This document shows positions 1 through 11,829 of a stretch of 33,440 nt of DNA, in pieces. The notes beneath the pieces were generated by a model. It worked only from the letters and a program-made list of their open reading frames with translations. It was not told where the DNA came from and made no database searches. Made by a program: the position numbers and the translations under genes. The stretch comes from Octopus sinensis (Eukaryota), in assembly GCF_006345805.1 (NCBI RefSeq), contig NW_021832036.1, positions 1-33,440 of the forward strand, given 5' to 3'. Position 1 is the stretch's first letter, and each line of letters opens with the position of its first letter.

Positions 1-200
1 AGTTAATCCAAACAAGAAAGCACAAAAAAACACAACAACGCGAGGACGTGAACAAATATAGTATTATTGGACGCTCAGGAAAGAAGGAAAGAAGGACGGT
101 TTAACGTTTCGAGCGGAGCTCTTCGTTGGAACATAGGAGAAGGAAAGATCCAGAGAAGGGAAGACAGAGGAAAAAAATCGCCAACGGTACACACGCGGTC
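1..200 (-). mobile_element. PLE-type 3'-end repeat fragment carrying a degenerate minimal hammerhead-like motif (99-133)
   Basis: Homologous to 23523-23705 (same strand) and 1586-1697 (opposite strand). Minus strand reads CCAACGA-A-GAGC(TCC)GCTC-GAAAC-GTT-AAAC. PLE assignment is inferred from the motif. Confidence 0.55.
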
Positions 201-208
201 AACACACA

Positions 209-283
<75 letters not shown>

Positions 284-354
284 TTACACAGGGTAGCCCA
301 AAAGTAACTGAGGGATTGCAACTTTTGATAATTCCTTTTCTGTTTCTTTTCAGG

Positions 355-440
355 GATTTGCCCAAGGGGCCACGCAGTGCAGCTGAACCCGGAACCATGT
401 GGCTGGGATGCAAGATTCTTACCACACACCCACGCTTCCG
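355..440 (-). mobile_element. SINE family A, 5' head fragment
   Basis: Matches the head of the full copies (cccaagg..ccacgcagtg..ctgaacccggaaccatgtgg). Confidence 0.75.
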
Positions 441-1023
441 GTAATTTTCTTTCTTCAAAATACGTTGGTGTGTCTGAAATATTACGTTCTATTAAAAAAA
501 TATATATTTAACTAATTCCAAAAGAGACTGCGTGGGATTGTCCTCAAGAGTAATTTTTTTGTTTTTTTTTTCCAACATAATTGTAATATGCATCGCGAAA
601 ACATATGAGAAAACCAAGTCAAAGTGTGTGAAATACCCAACCTTCAATAAAATGTTGGGTTTTTTTTGTCTTTTTTTTCTTATATTTTTGTCACATTAGA
701 TTCCGATATAATCTTAATCTAGATCAACTGAGAAGTGTTTGTATGAAATTTCGTTAACAGAAACCCATTATTGTAAAAAAAAAAAAAAAAAAAGTTATGC
801 CGCAAGAAAAACGAGACGTGTGAATTTTCTGATATGCTTTTTACCCAGCTCGCAAAGAAAAGTTTTCACAACAAAATTCCAATATAATTTTAATCTACGT
901 CATCTGAAACGCACTTGTAGAAAAATTTCATTGGAAAATCTTTATTTCGGAAAGTTATGAGCAAAAAAAATTCAGGCAGGTGATACACATCAAGGTAAGC
1001 AAGGTGTGTATGTATGTATCTAA

Positions 1024-1078
<55 letters not shown>

Positions 1079-1209
1079 CTGCCACCCATAGTTGCTTTCG
1101 AAGCAAGAGAGAGAGGAAAGAAAGAGTTTACTAAGAAATAGAGGGGTAGTAATGTTCCCTGTTAAGTGGGTAGAACTGTTCAGGGTTTATATATATATAT
1201 ATATATGTA

Positions 1210-1267
1210 TTATTCTTATCTACTATAGGCACAAGGCCTGAAATCTGGGAGAAGGTTAGAGTCAATT
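1210..1267 (-). mobile_element. SINE family B, 3'-end fragment
   Basis: ggcacaaggcctgaaat is the reverse complement of the family B 3' end seen at about 18590-18610. Confidence 0.55.
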
Positions 1268-1445
1268 TCTGTAGCACCACCTTGTTTCTTTCTGTGTTTC
1301 TTTTCTGTGTATCTTTCTGTTGAAGAGCGTAGGGTCGAAACGTAAAAGACTTGTTTTATTTATATTCCTGAGCGCCATACTAATACAATTGTTTGTTTGT
1401 ATTCCACCTGCCTTCGTCTTTTGTTTATTTTCATAAAGCTTCCCG

Positions 1446-1446
<1 letters not shown>
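1268..1446 (+). mobile_element. PLE-type 3'-end fragment with hammerhead-like motif (1312-1349), ending in (TA)n
   Basis: TCTTT-CTGTTGA-A-GAGC(GTAG)GGTC-GAAAC-GTA-AAAGA. Stem I TCTTT/AAAGA pairs fully; the core has A6>U and stem II has one mismatch. Confidence 0.5.
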
Positions 1447-1509
<63 letters not shown>

Positions 1510-1531
1510 ATAAGCAGAAATTTAACAAAAG

Positions 1532-1569
1532 CTGTTACTCAGAGTTTCACGTTCTCGTTCGTCGTACAG
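1532..1569 (-). ncRNA. Degenerate type I hammerhead-like fold
   Basis: Minus strand: CTGT-ACGACGA-ACG(AGAA)CGT-GAA-ACTC(T)GAGT-A-ACAG. Stems I, II and III all pair and the triplet is GUA; core positions 3-4 deviate. Confidence 0.45.
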
Positions 1570-1585
1570 TTTTGTTATATATATA

Positions 1586-1697
1586 TTCGAAACATTAAAC
1601 CTTTCTTCCCTTCTTTCCTGAGCGTCCAATAATACTTTATTTGTTCCACGTCCTTGCGTTGTTGTGTTTTTTTGTTTTCTTGTTTGGATTAACTTTA
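1586..1697 (+). mobile_element. Truncated copy of the repeat at 1-200 / 23523-23705
   Basis: cgaaacattaaacc...ctttcctgagcgtccaataatac...cttgtttggattaact, flanked by (TA)n on both sides. Confidence 0.65.
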
Positions 1698-1710
1698 TAT
1701 ATATATATAT

Positions 1711-1995
1711 ATCATTTTATCATTTTATCTAGTTTCAGCTCACGAGCTGTGGCCATGCTGGAGCACCGCTTTTAGTCGAACAAATCGACTCCAGGACTCA
1801 TTCTTTGTTAGCCTAGTTCTCATTCTAACGGTCTGTCTTGCCGAACCGCTAAGTTACGGGGATGTAAACATACCAACATCGGTTGAGAAGTGATGGCGGT
1901 AGGGACAAATACAAACATAGAAATGTACACACGCACACACACACACACACACACACAAACATATATATATATATGACAGGCTTCTTTCAGTTTCC
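1711..1995 (-). mobile_element. SINE family A, 3' part (variant tail)
   Basis: ggccatgctggagcaccgc...gccgaaccgctaagttacgggga...ggcttctttcagtttcc shared with the full copies. Confidence 0.8.
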
Positions 1996-2265
1996 AACCC
2001 AGAATAACACTACACACTTATACGCTTTCACATGCGTGCGCACACAGACATAGATTCTCATACACACACATATACACATGCGCTCGCATGCATAAAAACA
2101 TACATACACATACACATAGCCATATGCTCGCCATATTCGCCTGTACACATTCACACAAACATGCGCACGCACAGACCTGGAAGTACACACACGCGCATAT
2201 AAATACACACACATACACACGTATACACCCAGAGATACACACATACTGACTCAGAAGCACAATAC
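1996..2265. repeat. Degenerate (CA)n/(TA)n microsatellite tract
   Basis: Seen directly. Confidence 0.85.
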
Positions 2266-2269
2266 ACAC

Positions 2270-2641
2270 TCTTTTACTCATTTGACTGCGGCCATGCTGG
2301 AGCACTGCCTTTATTCGAGGAAATCGACCCCAGGACTTATTCTTTGTAAGCCTAGTACTTATTCTGTCAGTCGTTTTTACCGAACCGCTGTGTTACGGGG
2401 ATGTAAATACACCACCATCGGTTGTCAGGCGATGTTGGGGGGGGGGACAAACACAGACACACAAACATACATATACATATATACGACGGGCTTCTTTCAG
2501 TTTCCGTCTACGAAATCCACTCACAAGGCTTTGGTCGGCCCGAGGCTATAGCCGAAGGCACTTGCCCAAGGTGCCACGCAGTGGTACTGAACCCGGAACC
2601 ATGTGGTTTGCAAGCAAGTTTCTTACCACACAGCCACTCCT
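2270..2641 (-). mobile_element. SINE family A, near full length (tRNA-derived, CORE-like central block, internal TA/CA tract)
   Basis: Aligns along its length with 4062-4500, 25555-25975 and 31863-32262. Confidence 0.9.
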
Positions 2642-2649
2642 GAGCTTTA

Positions 2650-2870
2650 TTCACACACATACATGCACACGCACACACACACACACACGCACACACACAC
2701 ACATACACACACACACATATACATACGTAAAAAGCCAGTATTACACACACATACACACACGCATGCACGCACATACACGCGTACACACGTAGACATATAA
2801 CTAATCCGGAAATACTCTGCACACACATATAACCACACACACACAAACGCGCACGTACACATATGCACAG

Positions 2871-2904
<34 letters not shown>

Positions 2905-3240
2905 ACATAGCCAGGAACGAACACACACACACACACGCATGCACGCCCATAGAAGCGTACACACATATACATATAATTAATCCAGAAATACGCTACACAC
3001 ATATAACCACACACACATACACGCGCACGTACGCAAATGCACATGCACACACACACACACACATACACACACACATACACATACACACACGCAAACACAC
3101 ACTTGCGCATACGCAAACACAAGTCTACAAACGCCCATAATCAACGCTTAGATACACTTCACGCACACACACACACGCACACAAACACACACATATTGCC
3201 ACACACATATATATATATATATACACGCACACACACAGCA
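2650..3240. repeat. (CA)n-rich compound microsatellite containing a duplicated ~190 bp degenerate unit
   Basis: taatccggaaatactc..cacacatataaccacacac at ~2801 recurs as taatccagaaatacgc..cacacatataaccacacac at ~2979. Confidence 0.8.
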
Positions 3241-3479
3241 CTTGATTAGGTCTTCTCTTAAGTGTGTAGAACTGAAGTGTTTAAACTGTAAACAATACCT
3301 GGTTGTCATGACAACTGTGTGTTTCACGCCTCACCGTTGTCTGCTTCCTTCTCGGAATTCAGGTTGGTTGACTTACTGCAAGTCACAATACTCGTAGTCG
3401 GCAGTCTCATTAGCAACCAATCTGTGTATTTGTAGGGATGGGTATGGATGGATAGGTGTAAGTAGATACGTACGTGCTT

Positions 3480-3529
3480 TTTTATGTATATGTATATATG
3501 TATATGTATATGTATATATATATATATAC

Positions 3530-3567
<38 letters not shown>

Positions 3568-3885
3568 GAGTGTGTGTATGTATGTATATATATATATATA
3601 CTTATATGCATGTATATGTACATATATGTATATATATGTATGTATGTATATGTGTGTATGCATATGCATGTATGTATATATGTGTGTGTATATATGTATA
3701 TATATATATATGTATGCATGTATGCATGTATGTATGTATGTATGTATGTATGTATGTATGTATGTATGAATGGATGGATGAATGGATGAATGAATGAATG
3801 GATTGATGGATGGCTGGCTGGCTGGCTAGATGGATGGCTGGCTGGATGGCTGGATGGATGGATGGATGGATGGATGGATGGATAA
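3480..3885. repeat. (TA)n/(ATGT)n/(ATGG)n compound microsatellite
   Basis: Seen directly. Confidence 0.9.
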
Positions 3886-4061
3886 TCCACAGATGAGATC
3901 CAGAGATCTTCCGTATAGACGACTTTTAGTGGTGTTCAAAAGATTCAAATGGACTCCAGTGTGTTTACAGGGGATTGATTTCATTAGGTAAAAGAAAGGC
4001 TATAAGTGGCATCAAGTTGAGCGGATGTAGAGGCAATTATACAGATAAACAGACTTAGACA

Positions 4062-4280
4062 CTTTACTCTTTACTCTCTCTTTTACTTGTTTCAGTCATT
4101 TGACTGCGGCCATACTGGAGCACCGCCTTTAGTCGAGCAAATCGACCCCGGGACTTATTCTTTGTAAGCCCAGTACTCATTCTATCGGTCTCTTTTGCCG
4201 AACCGCTAAGTGACGGGGACGTAAACACACCTGCATCGGTTGTCAAGCAATGCTGGAGGAGACAAACACAGACACCAAAA

Positions 4281-4328
<48 letters not shown>

Positions 4329-4500
4329 ATTATATACGGACAGGCTTCTTTCAGTTTCCGTCTACCAAATCACTCACAAGGCATTGGTCGGCCCGGGGCT
4401 ATAGCAGAAGACACTTGCCCAAGATGCCACGCAGTGGGACTGAACCCGGAACCATGTGGCTGGTTAGCAGGCTACTTACCACACAGCCACTCCTGCGCCT
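4062..4500 (-). mobile_element. SINE family A, full length
   Basis: Runs from the head (rc of aggcgcaggagtggctgtgtggtaag) to the tail (rc of agtaaaagagtaaag); internal (TA)n. Confidence 0.92.
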
Positions 4501-4895
4501 GTATTACATATATCAAATAGTAATTGGTTAAGAAATACAAAATATCAAATTGGTTAAGAAATACAAAATATGTATATGTGTCCACATGCAAAAAATGGGG
4601 ACTTTCAAATGATGATATTTTTCAGTACAAATATATAGATACTTATGTTAATATGACCAAATTCTCTTCATCAAGGCCTGAGGTGTAAGATCTTCTCTAC
4701 CCTGATGACTGACGCTCGGATTATCCAATTTAATTGCAACCGTACAACTGCACATTGTCATGAACTACATCTACCAACGTTATTATGGATCTTCAGACCT
4801 CCAGAAACAGCTGTCGGACTTATAACAGCTTTCTTCTACGCCTTTAATTTTTTTATCTGTCGTTTGTACGTTGGGCGTATTAATATAACTATCTA

Positions 4896-5276
4896 CACTA
4901 CCGTCAGAAATTAATTAGCACCCTTGATTTGCTCTTCACTCAAGGTATGTGCTGTCACCTAGTGGCCATAACTCGAACTATTGCTTGTTGCGAGTTCACT
5001 GTTGCGCGCCAGAACGTGACGTAAATTTGTTGGCAGAGCAGTTTGAGAGTCTACACCCTTATGATGTTGCATAGCAGTGCAACAACAACTTGGAGGCGGA
5101 TGCTGCAGGACAAATCTTCCTTTGTTTAATAGATATAGGTAGCGCCTCGCAAGGACCGAAATCACACCATACTAAGTTTTCTCATCGAGTAAGACGTTTT
5201 TGAACAGCTCTAGGTAATGATTTAACCTATTTAATGTAGAAATTTGAGAAGTGCTAATTAATTTCTGACGCAAGTG
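4896..5276 (+). mobile_element. Non-autonomous Tc1/mariner element (MITE-like deletion derivative)
   Basis: TIRs CACTACCGTCAGAAATTAATTAGCAC / GTGCTAATTAATTTCTGACGCAAGTG with TA on both flanks (4894-95, 5277-78). Confidence 0.8.
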
Positions 5277-5396
5277 TATATGCTTATACTTAAAAATCCA
5301 TCTGAAGCTCTCCACCTTCTGTTTCCTCTCGTTCTGCATGTATACATACAAACATCTTTTGTATTTCTTAATCAGATTATTATATTTAGTATATCT

Positions 5397-5559
5397 AGTC
5401 CATCGCAGCGTTACTCATTTTTGCCAGCTGAGTGGACTGGAGCAACATGAAATGAAGTGTTTTGCTCAAGATGACAACGCGTCGCCCGTCCAGGAATCGA
5501 AACCACAAATTCACGATCATGATGCTGACACCCGAAACCACTAAACCACGTGCCTCCAC
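5397..5559 (-). mobile_element. SINE family C, 5' part (tRNA-derived)
   Basis: Reverse complement aligns with 29972-30140; B-box GGTTTCGATTCC on the minus strand. Confidence 0.8.
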
Positions 5560-5572
5560 GTCTGAAATAGCT

Positions 5573-5650
5573 AAGGACCATTGAGTTCAGGCATGTCAAA
5601 GACCTCGCACAGAAGCAGTGATCGAAGCTGAAGAACGATTCATAGAATAA
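5573..5650 (+). pseudogene. C-terminal fragment of a maT/DD37D-like Tc1-mariner transposase
   Basis: Manual translation KDH*VQACQRPRTEAVIEAEERFIE* resembles the typical maT C-terminus (ACxRFRxRIEAVIEAEGGFIE); not in the ORF track. Confidence 0.55.
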
Positions 5651-6006
5651 TTTTCTAAGAAAGCTTTTCGACGTCATGTGCCGAATTTCATTTTTTTTAA
5701 TATATTATTATTAAATTCTATTTGGTTAGGATCGAGTTGTTTTATTAAATTAACTAATATGTCTCATATAGCTCTCGCAACCTCTGTATATAAACACAAG
5801 CATGAATGAGTGTTTACACACATTGAAATATGCAAGTAGGCACGAATACAAATATATGTCTCTGTGTGTGCAAATACACATTTGTATCCCTGTACACATA
5901 TAAATATCTAGCTATCTGTCTATCTATTTATCTATCTACCTATCTATTTATTTGTCTCTCTATATTATATATCTATCAATCATTTATATCTAGCTAGCTA
6001 GCTAGC

Positions 6007-6040
<34 letters not shown>

Positions 6041-6132
6041 ATATAATCTATATATATATATATATATAATATATATAGATTATATATATAGATATATATA
6101 TATATATAACATAATATAATATAATATAATAT

Positions 6133-6450
6133 AAATACAGTGTGTATTTAAACACATAAGAGGGTATACCCGTAGTCGTAAGATTGCTTGCACACTAGAA
6201 GGAACAGCTAAAATCCAAACTACTTGGGATAAACTTCGGGGGGAATGAAAAATAAAAAAACATTTACCATCTATCTCCTGGACCATCGTTTCAGACTTTT
6301 TTAGCAAATAAAATAAGTTGCTAGGCGAAGTCTTCATCAACAGGTACGCCTAGATTAAACATATAAGTATAAGGATTTTAGCTGTTCCTAATAGCGTGCA
6401 AGGAATCCTACGACGGATACCGCTTATGTGCTTAAATGTATACTGCATTT
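6133..6450. repeat. Imperfect ~80 bp inverted repeat element (MITE- or PLE-like)
   Basis: Arms 6133-6216 and 6373-6450 share ggaacagctaaaatcc, cttgcac and cacataag. Confidence 0.65.
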
Positions 6451-6686
6451 TATATGAATAATATATAGCTTATTGACAAATTGGCCACTAGTAGTAAAAA
6501 TTTCTGCTATTTTTATTATCCTGACATATTATTATATTATATATATATATATATTTATTATATATATATATTATATATATTTATATATATAATAATATGT
6601 GTGTGTTGTGTGTGTTGTGCATATATGTATGTATGTATGTATGTATATATGTATGTATGTATGCATGCATATGTATACATACATGC

Positions 6687-6717
<31 letters not shown>

Positions 6718-6750
6718 AAGATATATGTATGCGTACATACACACACACAC

Positions 6751-7330
6751 ATACAAAACTTATAGGCACCTAGTGAATCGGTTTTGCACAGAGAACAAAA
6801 GAATTCTCGAACGCATACATACACACATGTATACATACATACACAATTCCATATATATATATAGACAATTTATATACATGTGTACATACATATATATGGC
6901 GCCACGCGCATGTACATACATAATGGTGAGGGGTAAAGTCCAGGAGCCACTGTACTAAGTAATAAAATTTAGTCAGTTGGCCAACAAATGTTAACATAAC
7001 GTTTAGGATAAAAGTAAAAAATAATAATAAACCTTCTAAGGCAGAACTAATGAAAAACTGCAGATACTACGCTACACTGGTTATACAACTTTTTATTGAT
7101 TCTTGTGATAACTGCATTTGAATATGTAATTAAAAACCTCGTCAGCAGTGTTAAGAAGCCCGTCTTTATATAGTCAGAAGGTACGTGGAGTATTTTAGCA
7201 CAAAAGAGTCCCTCTAAACACAAGACTATGATGCTCCTCTTCCCCACAACCTTGCCTGCGCCTAAATTTCTGAGACATTTCACATATCTTCACAGTTCCC
7301 TTGATAGATTGCCATTGCAGTATCATACAT

Positions 7331-7361
<31 letters not shown>

Positions 7362-8294
7362 CATAAATATATATACATATATGGGCACAGGACGTCACAC
7401 ACAAATCAGTTCAATTATGTAAACAACGAGAGCAACAAATTGAAAATTGGACAAGTAACATAAAGAACGACCCTTCATCAGTTGTCGGATGTGTATCTAT
7501 TCCTCATTTCGAGCATTGAACGACAATATGAGTCTTCGAAGGCAGTTACTCCCACAAAATCCAAAATAATATTTGGGATTTATGGAGGGTCAAAGTTGGT
7601 TACAAAAACAAGACCGTGGAGATATACAAGGAATCCATCCGAACGAAAACAAAGATTGAGGGTCGCAAGAGCAGAACGAGGGTAATATATCGAACGCTAG
7701 AGAAATATTTTCTTTGACAAGAGAAAAGATAGAAGAGAGAGAGAGAGAAAGAGAGAGAGAGAAAGAAAGAGAGAGAAAGAGAGAGAGATAGGATACATAC
7801 AGTCTTTACGACAGTCCAGGGAAGAAAAGAAAGATGATCACTTGAGGAAAAGAAAGATGGACGATGGTTACGCGTGAGCAACGAGAGAGTGTAAAGGAGA
7901 AAGAGGGAAGAGAGGGGCAGATAGAAAACGGTGTGTGCATGTGAGTATGTGAGTTTGTGTGGGAGGGTGTATGTGTGTGTATCAATGAAAAGTCGTATAA
8001 CCAGTGTAGCGTTGTATCTGCAGTTTTTATTAGTTCTGCCATAGATGCTTTATTTTCTTTTAGTTTAGCTTAAAAGTTATGTTAGCATTCGCTGGCCAAC
8101 TGACTAAATTTTATCACCCAGTCCCTGGTCTTTACCCCTCACCATTATGTATGTACACATGTATGTAAAGTGTGTGTGTGTGTGTATATATATATATGGA
8201 AGTGTGTATGCATGGATGTATGTATGTATGTATGAGTTCGAGAAGTCTTTTACTCTCTGTTGAATACCGATTCACTCGATGCCTAGAAGTTTTG

Positions 8295-8297
<3 letters not shown>
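6751..8297. mobile_element. Foldback-like element with ~320-350 bp terminal inverted repeats, superfamily unknown
   Basis: 6751-7100 is an imperfect reverse complement of 7981-8297 (e.g. ggcagaactaatgaaaaactgcagatactacgctacactggttatac; aaaatttagtcagttggcca). Confidence 0.7.
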
Positions 8298-8338
<41 letters not shown>

Positions 8339-8339
8339 A

Positions 8340-8371
8340 TGATAATGGTAATAATAATAATAATGATGATG

Positions 8372-8412
<41 letters not shown>

Positions 8413-8620
8413 TAATGAATAATGATAATAATAAGAGAAGAAGAAGAAGAAGAAGAAGAAGAAGAAGAAGAAGAAGAAGAAGAAGAGAAGAAGCAGAAGA
8501 ATGAAGAAGAGAGAAGAAGAAAGAAGAAGAAGAAGAAGAAGAAGAAGAAGAAGCCGAAGAAGAAGAGAAGAAGAAGAAGAAGAAGAAAAGAAGAGGAGAA
8601 GAAGAAGAAGAAGAAGAATA
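8340..8620 (+). repeat. (AAT)n followed by a long (GAA)n purine tract
   Basis: Seen directly; source of the poly-E/K/R/F/L ORFs. Confidence 0.92.
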
Positions 8621-10308
8621 ACAAAGCCTACCCACCAGAACAACCTCAGAAAAGGTTTATCAAAACAACGAACTCAGCACCCGAACAACTTTGGACCCCT
8701 ATAACAACTGAAGAGGTCACCCAGGCACTGCAAAGACTAAGCAACAGGAAGGTACCTTGGCACGATAAGATCCCCGAATTCTGGTTAAAATACCTTGACA
8801 GGAATACATAAAATGTCATACCAGCAGAGCTAGAGAGTATGCTTGAATGGGTCATGAAAAGGAAAACTATTCTAATTCCCAAATCCACTGAAGCGACAAA
8901 CTCACAAAATTACAGACCAATAAATTGTCTCCCTACAAGGTCTCATACGGCTGTAGCGATCAGCTAATGATTAATAAAGTCATAACTGAAGACAGCAGCA
9001 GAAAGAAGAAGGATCTAAGAATGGCTTGGATCGATTACCGAAAGGCTTTTGATATTATTCCCCATACGTAGGTCCTAGAAACACTGGCCATGAACAAAGT
9101 AGCATCAATAATCATAAAATATATAAAACTTCCCATGAATAAATGGCAGACAGTGCTACAACTCCAAACAAAAGAGGAACTTATAAAAACCAAAGCCATC
9201 CCCATTAGAAGAGGAATATTCCAGGAAGACACACTCTCTCCACCCCTTTTTCTGTTTGGCACTGACACCTTTATGCGACATGCTAAACAGAACTACATGC
9301 GTATACAGCTGTTACAATCAGCCACCTCTTATATATGGATGACCTAAAACTGTACGCTACAAATGATAAACAGCTGGAGACATCACTACAGACAATACGT
9401 GGATTTACCTAAGAAATAAACACAAAATTTAGCTTAGAAACATGTACCAAGGCAACAAACATGAAAAGAGGAAAACTAGTTAAGAGTATCAACATCGCAC
9501 TAGATAAAGCAAATGAAATAAGAGAATTAGACCAAAGCCAGACATACAAATACTTAGGAATCAATGAACTAGATACGATACAGCAGACACAAATGAAAGA
9601 AAAAATTAAAAAATTAAAAGAAACATAACAAATAACTGCAGAATATGTGGAGATGGACAAGAAACAATAAATCATATAGTCTCTGGCTGGCCAGTCCTGG
9701 CCAAGAAGGAATATATTCACAGACACGACAGAGTTGGGACATATATACACTGGAAGCTACGCTAACATTGATAACAACACAAAAATGATGGTATAGGCAC
9801 ACGCCAGAAAGCGTCAAAGAAAATGAGAAAAAAAACCATACAATTGGATATGCCAAACACAAAGGTAGAGAAATAAAGGCCAATAGGTCGGATATAGTTC
9901 TCAGAGATCATCAAGATAAAATGATGTTTTCTAATTGATGTATCAATACCAACAGATGACAACACTTCTCTAAAAGAAATGGAGAAACTTTCAAAATACG
10001 AAGACTTGGAAATAGAGTTAATTCGAATGTGAAGTCTAAAAACAGAAACAATTCCTATCATAAGAGGCGCTTTAGGTATTAAAAAAACCCATTAAAATAT
10101 ACATAACAAAAACACCGGGATTTACAAATATATATAACATACAGAAAATAGCACTTCTAGGCACCGCACACATCCTACGTAAAACACTTTCAATACAGTA
10201 AAAATAAGAGCACCACAACAAACCACAGAACATACCCGAGGCACACAGAGCTACGATCGGTAGTGAAGTGAAAGCACGTGATAAAAATAAAACTACTGAA
10301 TAATAATA
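8618..10308 (+). mobile_element. 5'-truncated, internally deleted non-LTR retrotransposon with restriction-like endonuclease (R4/Dong-like); RT pseudogene
   Basis: Manual translation gives ITTEEVTQALQRLSNRKVPWHDKIPEFWLKYL, TILIPK..NYRPINCLPT, WIDYRKAFD, GIFQEDTLSP, HLLYMDDLKLY (YMDD 9332-9343), YKYLGI, CRIC..ETINHIVSGW..EYIHRHD (from 9637), NRSDIV..LIDVSIP..KYEDL..GALG and LLGTAHILRK (stop 10199-10201), then a 3' UTR and (TAA)n tail. Several stops and frameshifts. Confidence 0.9.
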
Positions 10309-10479
10309 CTAAGAAGAAGAAATGTTTTTTGACTTTAGCACAATGCCAGCAATTTTGAGGGGAAACAACACTTAAAAACCATTATAAACAATAGTTATGA
10401 AAGAAAAACAATATAAAAAGACAGTTATAAAACAAGTATGGAAATAGGCAAGTAGATGGTTTGATAAGAGATGCATAAA

Positions 10480-10580
10480 ACATATTGACATATACATACA
10501 TATATACATACATACATACTACATACATACATAAATACATATATACATACAGTAAGATAGACAGACACATACATAATAAG

Positions 10581-10648
<68 letters not shown>

Positions 10649-10750
10649 GTATGGTGTATGTATGTATATGTATGTGTGTATATATACATATATATATATA
10701 TATATTATATATATATATATATATGTTGGTGGTTGTGTGTATGTGTGAGT
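10480..10750. repeat. (TACA)n/(TA)n microsatellite
   Basis: Seen directly. Confidence 0.88.
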
Positions 10751-10879
10751 GTGTGATCAGACGAGGAAAGTGTTTAACGGGAAAGTTAAGAAAGACGAAG
10801 AGAATGAGAGAGTATAGGTAAAAAAGATGGAGAGGAGAGATTTGTCGTGATGAAGACGATGGAAAGAAATGAGAGTGGT

Positions 10880-11078
10880 TGAGGTGTTAATAGCGTGGGT
10901 GTTGGTCGTGGTGGTACTTGCAAAACTACTACTACTACTACTACTACTACTTGTAGCAGTAGTAGTAGTAGTAGTTGTAGTAGTAGTAGTAGTAGTAGCA
11001 GCAGCAACTGTAGTAGTAGTGGTGGTGGTAGTGATTGTGGTGGTGGTGGTAGTAGTAGTAGTAGTAGTGGTGGTGGTG

Positions 11079-11110
<32 letters not shown>

Positions 11111-11167
11111 GATGGTAGCAGCAACAGTTGTAGTAGTATAGGTGGTGGTGGTGATGGTGGTGTGGTG

Positions 11168-11199
<32 letters not shown>

Positions 11200-11236
11200 G
11201 GTGGTGGTAGTAGTAATAGTAGTTGTTGTTGTTGTT

Positions 11237-11308
<72 letters not shown>

Positions 11309-11364
11309 ATGGTAGCAGCAACAGTTGTAGTAGTATAGGTGGTGGTGGTGATGGTGGTGTGGTG

Positions 11365-11396
<32 letters not shown>

Positions 11397-11430
11397 GGTG
11401 GTGGTAGTAGTAATAGTAGTTGTTGTTGTT

Positions 11431-11471
<41 letters not shown>

Positions 11472-11700
11472 GGTGGTGATGGTGGTGGTAGTAGTAATAG
11501 TAGTTGTTGTTGTTGTAGTAGTAGTAGTAGTAGTGATGGTAGCAGCAACAGTTGTAGTAGTATAGGTGGTGGTGGTGGTAGTAGTAATAGTAGTTGTTGT
11601 AGTAGTAGTAGTAGTAGTAGTAGTGTTGGTGGTGGTCGTTGTGGTGGTGGTGGTCGTGGTGGTGGTGGTGGTGGTGATGGTGTTGGTAGTAGTAGTAATC
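10880..11700 (+). repeat. (GTA/GTG/GTT)n compound trinucleotide array with ~200-230 bp higher-order units
   Basis: Marker gatggtagcagcaacagttgtagtagtataggtggtgg at 11111, 11308 and 11535. Confidence 0.9.
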
Positions 11701-11829
11701 GATAGTCGTCGAGGAAGATCTAAGTTGATGACATTTACATGGCGTTATCGATTTCTCTGTTGTTATTCTGCTTTCTGCCATTCTTTCGATTTCTTTTCGC
11801 AACGTCGTGTGTAAGCAGACATTTCTTAA

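Noticed and set aside
960-1000. Splice-donor-like CAAG|GTAAGC
   Set aside because: Isolated motif with no supportable upstream coding exon.
1987-3890. Many long ORFs rich in C/V/Y/I/H/T (also 6481-6836, 27946-29657)
   Set aside because: Translations of (CA)n, (TA)n and (TACA)n microsatellites; open on both strands with no protein signal.
8412-8624. Poly-E/K/R coiled-coil-like N-terminus of ORF 8422-8811
   Set aside because: It is the (GAA)n tract; only the part after ~8690 is recognisable retrotransposon sequence.
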